Positions 10,319-19,344 of a stretch of DNA of 64,000 nucleotides are shown here, in pieces. The stretch comes from Terriglobia bacterium. GTDB lineage: Bacteria > Acidobacteriota > Polarisedimenticolia > Polarisedimenticolales > JAIQFR01. Below the pieces are notes generated by a model, which saw only the letters and a list, made by a program, of their open reading frames with translations, ran no database searches and was not told the origin of the DNA. A program made the position numbers and the translations under genes. Every line of letters begins with the position of its first letter. The stretch's first letter is position 1. The DNA is taken from assembly GCA_963748015.1 (NCBI GenBank), contig CAVVHE010000005.1:512001-576000 (forward strand), read 5' to 3'.

Positions 10319-12208
10319 TCAGAGGGTCGTCCGGAGAAAGGCCTCGAACATCAGCAGGGACCAGATCGGCGCGCTGTGATCGCGCATCCCGGATTGGTGC
10401 TGGTCCAGCAGCGTACGAAGGAACTTCAGGTCGAAGATGCCTGCGTCGCCGAGAGTGGGGCCCAACACGGCGTCCCGGACCCGCTGCCTGAGCGGCCCGC
10501 GGAACCACGCGTCGAGCGGGACCGCGAAACCCATCTTCGGCCGGTAGAGGACCTCGTCCGGCAGGTGCCGCTCGAGCGCCTTCTTGAAGACGTACTTGCT
10601 CTCGCCGCCGCGGAGCTTCAACGCGGGGGGCAGGCTCGAGATCCACTCCACCAACTCCTGATCGAGCAGCGGAACGCGAACCTCGAGCGAGTGCGCCATG
10701 CTCGCCCGGTCGACCTTCACGAGGATGTCGCCGGGTAGATAGGTCTTCATGTCGAGGTACTGGACCAGGGAGAGCGGGTCGTCCGTCGGCGCCTGGCGTG
10801 CGTGGGCCCGCAGGACGTCCACCGCGGAGTACCCGCCGAGCTTGCGCCGGAAGCCCTCGCTGAAGAGCGCGCTCCGGATGCCGTCGTGCATCACCGAGAC
10901 GCCGTGGAAGAACCCCTCGACCCTCTCCCGGGCAAGCGCCTGGAACGTCGATTTGGCCCGGACGAATCTCGGTGCCCAGTCGGCCTTGGGGTAGAGCGCG
11001 CCGAGAAGGCCGAAGACCGGCTGCCGGATCGCGAACGGCAGGATCGAGCGCAGCCGCTCTTCCATCATGAAGTACTTGTAGCGGCGGTAGCCGGCGAGGT
11101 TCTCGTCACCGCCGTCGCCGGAGAGGGCCACGACAACGCGCTTGCGTGCCAGCTCGCAGACCCGGTAGGTCGGGATGGCGGAGCTGTCGGCGAACGGCTC
11201 GTCGTACACGCTCGCCAGTTTGTCGAGCAGGTCGAAATCGTCCGGATCCACCTGCTCCACGTGGTGCCGCGTCCCGAACCGGCGGGCTATCCCCCCGGCG
11301 TATTCCGACTCGTTGTAGGCGGGATCGCCGAAGGAGATGGAGCAGGTGTTCACCGGCTCCTCCGAGAGACCGGCCATCATCGCGACCACGGCGCTCGAAT
11401 CGACGCCGCCCGAGAGGAAGGCGCCGAGCGGCACCTCGGAGATGAGGCGGACCCTGACGGCGTCCCGCAGGCGCGAGAGGATCTCCTCCTCGGCGTCCTT
11501 TTCCGAGATCGTGCGGTTCTCCTCGAACGGGATGTCCCAATACGGCTCGGGCGGTGCCAAGGGCCGGCCCCGCACGACCGTCAGCGTGTGGGCCGGAGGG
11601 AGCTTCAAGACCCCCTCCAAGATCGTTCGCGGCTCCGGAACGTAACCGTACCCGAAGTAGTCCTCAACGCTCCGGTCGTCGATCTTCCGGGGACAGCCGG
11701 GATGCAGGCGAATGGCCTTGAGCTCGGACGCAAACACGAGCATCCCGTCGTCGAGGAGGGCGTAGTAGAGCGGCTTCTTCCCCAGCCGGTCTCGCGCGAG
11801 GAAGAGAGTCCCGCGGTTGCGGTCCCACAGCGCGAAGGCGAACATCCCGCGGAAGCGACGGACGCACGAAGCGCCCCACTCCTCCCAGCCGTGGACGATC
11901 ACCTCGGTGTCGCTTCGCGTCTGGAAGACGTGCCCTGCCCGGATCAGCTGCTCGCGGAGATCTTGGAAGTTGTAGATCTCGCCGTTGAATACGATCGAAA
12001 CGCTGCCGTCCTCGTTAAAAAGCGGTTGGTGCCCACCGGCGAGATCGATGATCGACAGCCTGCGGTGGCCGAGGCCGAGGCCCGGCTCCACGTGGAGCCC
12101 GCCGCCGTCCGGCCCTCGGTGATGCTGAGACTCGTTCATTCGCGAGAGCAGCGCCTCGCCGATGTCCCGCCGCTCCCTGGCGTCGAGGATTCCGACCACC
12201 CCGCACAC
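10319..12208 (-). CDS. asnB: Asparagine synthase (glutamine-hydrolysing)-like amidotransferase, XrtA/PEP-CTERM-associated
   Basis: GTG-C-G N-terminus (catalytic Cys2), 'HRGPD', 'HRRLSIID', 'FNGEIYN', 'LSGGVDSS', 'LSGDGGDE', 'KVDRASMAHSLEVRVP'. Confidence 0.93.
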   Translation of the reverse strand: MCGVVGILDARERRDIGEALLSRMNESQHHRGPDGGGLHVEPGLGLGHRRLSIIDLAGGHQPLFNEDGSVSIVFNGEIYNFQDLREQLIRAGHVFQTRSDTEVIVHGWEEWGASCVRRFRGMFAFALWDRNRGTLFLARDRLGKKPLYYALLDDGMLVFASELKAIRLHPGCPRKIDDRSVEDYFGYGYVPEPRTILEGVLKLPPAHTLTVVRGRPLAPPEPYWDIPFEENRTISEKDAEEEILSRLRDAVRVRLISEVPLGAFLSGGVDSSAVVAMMAGLSEEPVNTCSISFGDPAYNESEYAGGIARRFGTRHHVEQVDPDDFDLLDKLASVYDEPFADSSAIPTYRVCELARKRVVVALSGDGGDENLAGYRRYKYFMMEERLRSILPFAIRQPVFGLLGALYPKADWAPRFVRAKSTFQALARERVEGFFHGVSVMHDGIRSALFSEGFRRKLGGYSAVDVLRAHARQAPTDDPLSLVQYLDMKTYLPGDILVKVDRASMAHSLEVRVPLLDQELVEWISSLPPALKLRGGESKYVFKKALERHLPDEVLYRPKMGFAVPLDAWFRGPLRQRVRDAVLGPTLGDAGIFDLKFLRTLLDQHQSGMRDHSAPIWSLLMFEAFLRTTL

Positions 12209-12477
12209 GCTGGTTCCTTCCTGCGTCCTTGCGCCGGCGCGCGCGGCGCGCCGAGAAGCGTTCGTCAAGTCGGTGCTTCGCTCGCCGCCGGCACCGGCAC
12301 TCCGGGCCGCCTCGGCAGTGAGGCTCGATCGGCCGTGGCGACAGTAGCACGAAATTCCAGGAAGGGGGTTGCTCCAGGAAACGCCGGGACGGCGCGATCT
12401 CGCCCGAAAGGGCCGACGGACCCCGCCTTGGCGCCACCAGAGGACCTCTCGTCCCGGAAGTCCGTCTGGCTCGAACG

Positions 12478-13872
12478 CTACCGGGCCCTCACCGCCCCCG
12501 GCGCGGGAGGAGGGTCCGTCGGCGCGCTCGCCGGCTGGTAGCGGAAGGCCCACGTTCCCTGCACCGGATTACTATTGCTGCTTTCGCCTTCTGCCATGAT
12601 CACGACATCATTCACGTCGTCGAAAGCGATTCCCGCCATGTCACGCGGAGGACCATTGGCACCGGTCAGCAGCGTCCAGATGCGCGCCGCCGGGTCGTAG
12701 ATCCAGGTATCGCTAAGTGTCGAACCCGCTCCAATTCCCCCGTGCATGAGGACCTTTTTCCATCGTGAGACATAGACCATCATGTGTTTGTTTCGCGCGG
12801 GAGGTTTCGTGGATGGGTTGATCTTGGTCCAAGTATTCGTGGGAAGATCGTATTCCCAGGTATCGTCTATCGAATACGAGTAGTTTTCGCTGTAACCGCC
12901 GAAGAGAATGTACTTGTGTCTATCGCTGTCATAAACCATGCTCTTCTGAGATTGACATCGCGGAGGAGGTACTGGACTACCGTTGTAAACACACGTTCGA
13001 TTCTCTACGGGCGCGGATTGTGATCCCGAACAAGTAGCTTGATAAGAAGTCCACGTGTCGGTCGCCGGATCATAAACGGAAGTTCTCTTGCCAGGGTTAT
13101 CGGCATCCGCCGGCTGACCCGAGAATGCGACGCATTTTCGAGACCCGTCGGCTTCCGTACCACATGCGAATGCAGCATCATAGACTACATTACCAGCAGC
13201 AGCTCCCGGTTGATTTGCTGCAGTTACTTTATGCATGCTCTTGGCATTGTAGTCATAATAGGCAAATTGATTCCCGGCCCCTTGTCCAGTGAAACCCAAG
13301 TTATACAATCTACCTACACCGGCTGGATAATCGACATAGTACATTGACAGATTATCGGATCCATTGGGGAATACCGACGAATTTCTGGCGGTTTCCGCGT
13401 ACTGCGTCCATTTGTTCGTCGGGAAGTCATATTCCCACAGATCGTTCGTGTACCCGTCGTTATAGTTGCTGCAAGTACAAGTACCCGAAGCACACGGATT
13501 GGTCGTTGAACAGGCAACACGCGGTGACGTTCCACTGCAGTATCCACCACCATACTCGGGAGCGGTACCCCGACAGCTGGCATGGCCGCCGCCGAACACG
13601 ACGACCTTCTGGCGGGCGGCGTGATACGTCATCGCGAACCAGGTTCGCGTCGCGGGGACGTAACCCGCGACCCCGGATTGCGTGCCAAGACCCTGATTCC
13701 CGGTCTTGTCGACGTTGCCCAGCCAGTCGTGGCCCGTCGCCAGGGGATCTCCCTGAAGCACCGGGGTCACCTTGCTGAGATCGGTCCAAACGTTTGGGGT
13801 GAGGGTCGGGCCGGCCGCCACCGCCAGGGCCGGCAACAGCGCGACCGGCAGGAGCATCAGGAACTTCCGCAT
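12478..13872 (-). CDS. Secreted Kelch/galactose-oxidase-like beta-propeller protein with Cys-rich insert and C-terminal PPAPGAVRAR tail
   Basis: Signal peptide 'MRKFLMLLPVALLPALAVAA'; repeats such as 'MVYDSDRHKYILFGG...DDTWEYDLPTNTW' and 'LMHGG...SDTWIYDP'. Confidence 0.8.
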   Translation of the reverse strand: MRKFLMLLPVALLPALAVAAGPTLTPNVWTDLSKVTPVLQGDPLATGHDWLGNVDKTGNQGLGTQSGVAGYVPATRTWFAMTYHAARQKVVVFGGGHASCRGTAPEYGGGYCSGTSPRVACSTTNPCASGTCTCSNYNDGYTNDLWEYDFPTNKWTQYAETARNSSVFPNGSDNLSMYYVDYPAGVGRLYNLGFTGQGAGNQFAYYDYNAKSMHKVTAANQPGAAAGNVVYDAAFACGTEADGSRKCVAFSGQPADADNPGKRTSVYDPATDTWTSYQATCSGSQSAPVENRTCVYNGSPVPPPRCQSQKSMVYDSDRHKYILFGGYSENYSYSIDDTWEYDLPTNTWTKINPSTKPPARNKHMMVYVSRWKKVLMHGGIGAGSTLSDTWIYDPAARIWTLLTGANGPPRDMAGIAFDDVNDVVIMAEGESSNSNPVQGTWAFRYQPASAPTDPPPAPGAVRAR

Positions 13873-14048
13873 CGCGAATCCCCTCCACGGAAGTTGCCGT
13901 GGTTCCGGGAGCAGCGGACCCCGCATCGGAAGAGGGCCGCCTGTCTTCATGCCAACTCTCTCCTCGATCGAACCTCTGTCCCGCCCGCGCCGCCGCTGCG
14001 TCGGCGGGTACACGTGTGCAAAACTACTCTCCGTGCACCCTCCAGGCA

Positions 14049-14064
14049 AGCAACAGACGTGCCG
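14049..14064 (-). promoter_or_regulatory. sigma54 (-24/-12) promoter
   Basis: Minus strand CGGCAC-gtctg-TTGCT in the intergenic gap upstream of the Kelch gene. Confidence 0.7.
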
Positions 14065-14172
14065 GGCGCGGGCCGGCGCTTCCCAGCGGCCTGGAGATCG
14101 CCGCCATGCGCGGTGGATCGGGACGGTCATATCGATATCGTTCTTACCGTAACGAAATGGCACACCCGTCGG

Positions 14173-14979
14173 CTAGCGCGGCGACGTGGCCTTCCGGACC
14201 GCGAACAGGACCGTTCCCTGCGTCGCTACGTGACCGAGCCACCGCAGCGCTCTCACGGCTCGGATGGCCGCGACCGTCGCCCGGACGGCCGGGGAGGCCC
14301 GCGTCGTGTCCATCGCGTCGAACCGGTCGAAGCAGTCGAAGCCGAAGGGCGCCAGCGTGTCGCGCAGGTCGTAGAAGCTGAACCAGTTCACCGCCGGGTA
14401 CGTCGCGTAGTTGGCCAGATGCGGTCGGGTCGTCGCGGCGAGGCGCTCGAATCGCCGCTTCAGCCGGCCCGGGTACCAACTGTACATCGGCAGGCGGAAC
14501 TCGTTTTGCCGGGGACACAGCCGGTTCGTCGTCGTGATCACGAGGACGCCGCCCGGCCGGAGAATGCGCGTGAACTCCCGGAGGCAGGCCGCCCACTCGG
14601 TCACGTGTTCGAGGAGCTCCAGGACCAGACAGACGTCCATCGAGGCTTCGGCCCACGGCAGTTCCGTCGCCGAGCCGAGCCGGAAATCGACCGGGACGCC
14701 TGCCGTCTCCGCGCGCTTCCGGGCAAGGGACACAAGCGGCTCGTTGACGTCCAGCCCGTGGGGCCTGTGGCCGCCTTCCGCCCAGATCAAGCACTGCGTC
14801 CCGGCCCCGCACCCGATGTCCGCCACGTCGAGCCGCTCGGTGCGCGACCCGGCGCGAGCGAGCACCCGGAGGGCGGCGTCGCGAATGGAGGCGAAGCGGC
14901 GCACGGTTTCCGGGCTCTGGCTCGCCTCCGCGTAGTAGTCGAAGAACTCCTCGCGGCTCCCGTGGTCGAACGAAGTCAC
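14173..14979 (-). CDS. Class I SAM-dependent methyltransferase
   Basis: 'VADIGCGAG' motif I, 'LLEHV', 'ILRPGG'; GTG start overlaps the upstream stop (GTGA). Confidence 0.88.
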   Translation of the reverse strand: MTSFDHGSREEFFDYYAEASQSPETVRRFASIRDAALRVLARAGSRTERLDVADIGCGAGTQCLIWAEGGHRPHGLDVNEPLVSLARKRAETAGVPVDFRLGSATELPWAEASMDVCLVLELLEHVTEWAACLREFTRILRPGGVLVITTTNRLCPRQNEFRLPMYSWYPGRLKRRFERLAATTRPHLANYATYPAVNWFSFYDLRDTLAPFGFDCFDRFDAMDTTRASPAVRATVAAIRAVRALRWLGHVATQGTVLFAVRKATSPR

Positions 14980-16250
14980 TTCGCATTCCCTCCGGAACCC
15001 GCGGCGTTCCCCGACGAGAGGATCGAATCGAACAGGCGCGCCAGCTCGGCGGTTCTCGCCCTGCGGGAATGCTCCTCGGCGCCGCCCCGTTGCGGGCCGT
15101 CGACCTCGCCGCGCCGAATGCGCCCGAGGAACTCCTCGAGGCCTCGCGCGATCTCCTCCCTCGAATCGATGCGGACGATCGTCCCGATCCCCTCGTTGCG
15201 CAAGAGCGAGGCGGTGTCGCCCACCGGGTCCACGAGGGCGAAGATCGGTCTCCCGGCGCGGAAGTACTCGTAGGCCTTCGCCGGAATCTCGTCGTTGCAG
15301 CTCGATCCCTGGAAGATCAGCAGGCCGTCCGCGGCCATCATCTCGGCCAGGGTCTCGACGTAGTCCGTGGCCGGCTCGAGCAGGACGATGTCGGCGAGGC
15401 CCCGCTCGTCGATGCCACGCCGGTAGGTCGCCTCCTCGCCGCTCGCGCGGAGGACGACCCGTAGCGTCGCCGGGGAGATCGCCCCTCGCCCCCTGAGGTC
15501 CCGCAGGGCGTCGAGGAACGGCAGGGGATTGCGCCCTCCGGTGTAGAGAATGCCGCTGTGGACCAGAACGATCCGCCCGTCGCCGCGAGCGGGTCCGAGC
15601 CTCCGCTCCGCGGCGACGAAGCTGTCCTCGTCGTAGCCGTTCTCGATGACGAGCCACCGGTCCTTCGGAATCTCCGGATACCGCTCGGCGTACATCCGGA
15701 GCGCGCCGGGCGCCGTGAAGACCATGCGAGACGCGCGGCGGACGACCCCCCTCTCGATCCAACGGCACACCGCTCGCGTTCTCGGCTCCGGCGGGTAGTG
15801 GTCTTCCGTCATCGCGTCCCGGAAGTCGGCGACCCAAGGGAGGCCGGTGAGGCGGTGCAGCGTCAGGCCGATCATCTGGGCCGTGGGGATTGGAAAGGTG
15901 GACCACAAGATGTCAGGGCGGTACTCGCGGATGAGGCGCAGTCCCAGCGGTACGGCGCCCAGCCACCAGCTCACCCAGCGGTCCGGCATCGCCATGAGCT
16001 CCGTGAACCGTCCGCGGACGGAGAGGTGCCTTGCCGTGTCGAGTGCCCAGGCCCGCCCGACGGGGGTCCCCGGCGAGATGTCGGCCAGCTGGTCGTCGCC
16101 GACGCGGGGATAGGCGGCCGGGCTCGCGCTGAGGATCACGGGCCTGTAGCCGTGAACGGGAAGGTACTTGGCGAAGCGAAGCGTCCGCTGGATTCCGCTG
16201 CTCCCCCGGAATGGAGGGAAGTGGAACGCGACCATGAGGATCGTCTTCAT
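14976..16250 (-). CDS. Glycosyltransferase family 4
   Basis: 'AFHFPPFRGSSGIQRTLRF', 'PWVADFRD', 'IENGYDE', 'PAKAYEY'. Confidence 0.88.
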   Translation of the reverse strand: MKTILMVAFHFPPFRGSSGIQRTLRFAKYLPVHGYRPVILSASPAAYPRVGDDQLADISPGTPVGRAWALDTARHLSVRGRFTELMAMPDRWVSWWLGAVPLGLRLIREYRPDILWSTFPIPTAQMIGLTLHRLTGLPWVADFRDAMTEDHYPPEPRTRAVCRWIERGVVRRASRMVFTAPGALRMYAERYPEIPKDRWLVIENGYDEDSFVAAERRLGPARGDGRIVLVHSGILYTGGRNPLPFLDALRDLRGRGAISPATLRVVLRASGEEATYRRGIDERGLADIVLLEPATDYVETLAEMMAADGLLIFQGSSCNDEIPAKAYEYFRAGRPIFALVDPVGDTASLLRNEGIGTIVRIDSREEIARGLEEFLGRIRRGEVDGPQRGGAEEHSRRARTAELARLFDSILSSGNAAGSGGNAK

Positions 16251-16311
16251 GTGGCGAGCATCGCGGCGGGAGCGGACCGCTCCTCGCGGAAATGGCCCGG
16301 CGAGGCCTCGC

Positions 16312-17368
16312 TCAAGAAGTGAGCTTGGACCACGCCAGCCTCATCACGGCCAGTTGCGGGACCGGATCCCACATCGCGTCTCTCCGAAGCTCGAAGGGAT
16401 CCGTCGTGGCGTCGTTCGCTCCGGGGATCGCGGTCACCGCGCACCGGAACCCGGCGTCGCGGACCGCCCGCTTGACGCCCTCGTCGAAATCCGCCCGGCC
16501 CGCCGTTGGGATAGGCGAACAGGGTCACGGGCCTCCCGAGACCGCGAGCGATCGCGTCGCGCGAGTCCAGGATCTCCCGGACTGCCTCGTCGCGGGGGAT
16601 TCGGGTCAGGATCGGGTGGTTCGCCGTGTGGGCCCCGAAGGAGATCCCGCCGCCGGCCATCTCCCGGATCTCGTCCCAGGTCAGCTTCCTCCATCGCGCT
16701 CTCGGGCTCGGCGAACGCGAGCGCTGACATCAAGCCGGGCGATCTCCTCGTCGCGGCGGCGGGGATCCAGACTGCCGAAGCCGCGAAGGCAGGGAAGACG
16801 GCGGCGCCGCTCTGCAGAGCGGGAGTGCGCAGGGGAAGCGAGGTCCCCGTCCACGTCGAGGGACGCGACCTCGGTCTGCGCGGAACGCATCCAGGAGCCG
16901 GTCGTGCCAGAGCAGCCTCCCGGGTCCCGACCGCCGCCGTGGTCAGGAAGACCGTGGCGGGGAGCCCGTGCCGCCTCAGGATCGGGAAGGCGTTCTCGTA
17001 GTTGTCCCGGTAGCCGTCGTCGAACGTGATGGCGACGGCGTTCGGAGGAACGTCGTTCCGCTCAGCGGCGCTCGACGAGCTCGTCGAGAGGAGAGCACGT
17101 TGAAGCGGCGCCGGAGGAGCGCCATCTGGCCGTCGAAGACCCGGACGGAAACCGTGTCGAAGAGAGGGCTCCTCGAGTCGTGACACGGTGAAAGAGCAGA
17201 ATCTGGAAGGGCGTGCTGGTGCGCCTGCGGACGCCGGTAGGCCCGGGCCGCGCCGTCCGCCGCCACTTCCGAGCGTCCACGAGTCTCCCGAGCCGGAGCA
17301 GCGCGCGGAGGAGCCCCGAGCCGCGCTCCGATCCCACCCGCGAGCCGTGCGATCCCGCCCATTCCCAT
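16312..17368 (-). pseudogene. Polysaccharide deacetylase (NodB homology), split by multiple frameshifts (sequencing error or decay)
   Basis: Fragments in different frames: 'ILLFHRV', '[12 protein letters not shown]...ATVFL', '[11 protein letters not shown]', 'FAYPNG', 'AGFRCAVT'. Confidence 0.75.
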
Positions 17369-17396
17369 GAATACAGCCCGTCCGTGGATTACCCGG

Positions 17397-19287
17397 CTAC
17401 CGCCGGTCCCAGTGACTGCGATGCCAGAGCTCGAGGACCATCAGGTTCCAGAGGATCGTTCCGTAGAACGAGGTAGCGTCGATTCGATGATGCTCGACGA
17501 GGGACTCGAGCGTCTTCCTCCGGAAGTACCCCCTGCCGACGCTCCTCGGGCTCAGGACCAGCTCCCGCATCATCTCGTTCAGCGGCGGGTGGTCGCGAAG
17601 CCAGAGGTGGACCGGGAGGCCGAAGCCGTGCTTCGTCTTCGCCAGCGTCTCCCGCGGCAACAGGTCCGAGTAGGCGTTCTTGAAGAACGTGCGCAGGCGC
17701 CTCCCGCGCATCTTGACGCGCGCCGGCACCGACGCCGCGAACTCCGCCAGCCTGTGGTCCAGGAACGGGTAGCGTACCGTGATCCCGGCCGCCTCGCTCG
17801 TCCGCGTCACCTTCAGGATGTCGTTGTCCGAGATCGTGACCTTCAGGTCGAGGTACAGGTGCCGGTCGAGCGGATCGCTCGCGGGCGCGCGAAGGAAGAT
17901 GGCGCTCTCGAAACCGTAGGGATCGTAGTCCCTTCCGACCGCATCGAGCATCCCGTCGTCGAGCGCTTCGGCGAGGGGAACGACCCAGAAGAAGTCGTAC
18001 GACGACATCCGCTCGTGGTACGGCATGCCGGCCCTCGCGATGTACTTCTTGGCCGACACGAAGGGGCCGCGCCGCGTGAGGGCGGCCGCCGCGAACACGG
18101 CCGGCTTCAGGAGCCGCTCTCTAGGCCAGGCCGGGATCCCGTTGTAGTACTCGAACAGGCGCTGCGTCGCGTAGCGCTCGTTTCCGGCGAACAGCTCGTC
18201 GCCGGCGTCTCCCGCGTACATGACGTCGACGCCGTGCTCGAGCGCGACCTTCGCGCAGAAGTACGCGGGCACCGCGGAGGCGTTCGCGAACGGCTCGTCG
18301 AACGCATGAACCAGCACGGGGATCGCCTCGTGGACGGCCGCCGGCGTCACGAAGTGCTCGGTGAGCGGGGACGCGAAGGCCGCGGCGCTGAGGCGGGCGT
18401 AGCGCATCTCGTTGAAGTGCTCCTCGGAGAATCCGATCGAGAAGCTCCTCACCGGCCCGCCGGTCTGCTGCGTGAGCACCCCCGTCACCGTGCTGCTGTC
18501 GACGCCGCCGCTCAGGTACGTCCCGATCCGGTCGCGTGCGCCGTCCGTGGCAAGCCGGACCGAGATCGCCTCCGAGAACCGGCTCCTGAGGGTGCGCGCG
18601 AGCTCCGCCTCAGGGGCGGCGGAGGGAGACCGGAAGTCGAAGTCCCAGTAAGGGCTCACGCGGACCCGCCCCTGCTTGAAGACGAGCAGGTTCCCCGGCG
18701 GGAGCTTCTTGACCTCGCGGAAGATCGTGCCCGGCGTCGGGATGATCGAGGAGCCGAGCACCTGCACGATCGCCTCGGGGTCGATGGTCAGCTCGAGCTT
18801 CATGGGCGCCGCGCGGAGGCTCCGCATCCGCGACGCGAACACGAGACCCCGGCCGTCGTGGTAGTAGAACAGCGGATGCACCCGAAAGCGGTCGGTCGCG
18901 ATCAGGAGCTCCCGCTCTCCCTCGTCCCAGATCGCGATCGCGAACTCCCCTCTCAGCTCTCGCAGCGCGGCCTCGCCCTTCTCCAGGTAGAGGCGCGCGA
19001 CACGCTCGATCCGGGCGGTCCCTTCGGCCTCTTGGGGAAAAACTCCGGCGGTGTCGAAGAGGCTCCCGTGGAGGGCGATCGCCAGCGAGCGCCCCGCACG
19101 CCCGCACCCCGGCCACCCCCGAGAGTCGCCCGCGGAACGGCTGGGCGCCCAGGAGAGCGTTGCCCAGCGCCAGCTCCGAGCCCGCGCCCCCGTCCGGTCC
19201 GGCCAGCTCGCGCAGGGAGGCCGAGAGGGGTGACGGCCCGGCCGGGGCCGTCCGGTCGCTGAACACGACTCCGCAAATCCCGCTCAT
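17397..19287 (-). CDS. Asparagine synthase-related protein (N-terminal Ser instead of Cys); one apparent frameshift near 19093
   Basis: 'MSGICG', 'LRGEFAIAIWD', 'YLSGGVDSS', 'FDEPFANAS', 'GDAGDELFAG', 'RYPFLD', 'KHGFGLP'; length is 3n+1. Confidence 0.85.
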
Positions 19288-19344
19288 CGTCCCCGCTTTC
19301 CGCTCGCGTCGTTCCGCCTCATCGTACCCCCACTCCGACCCACC

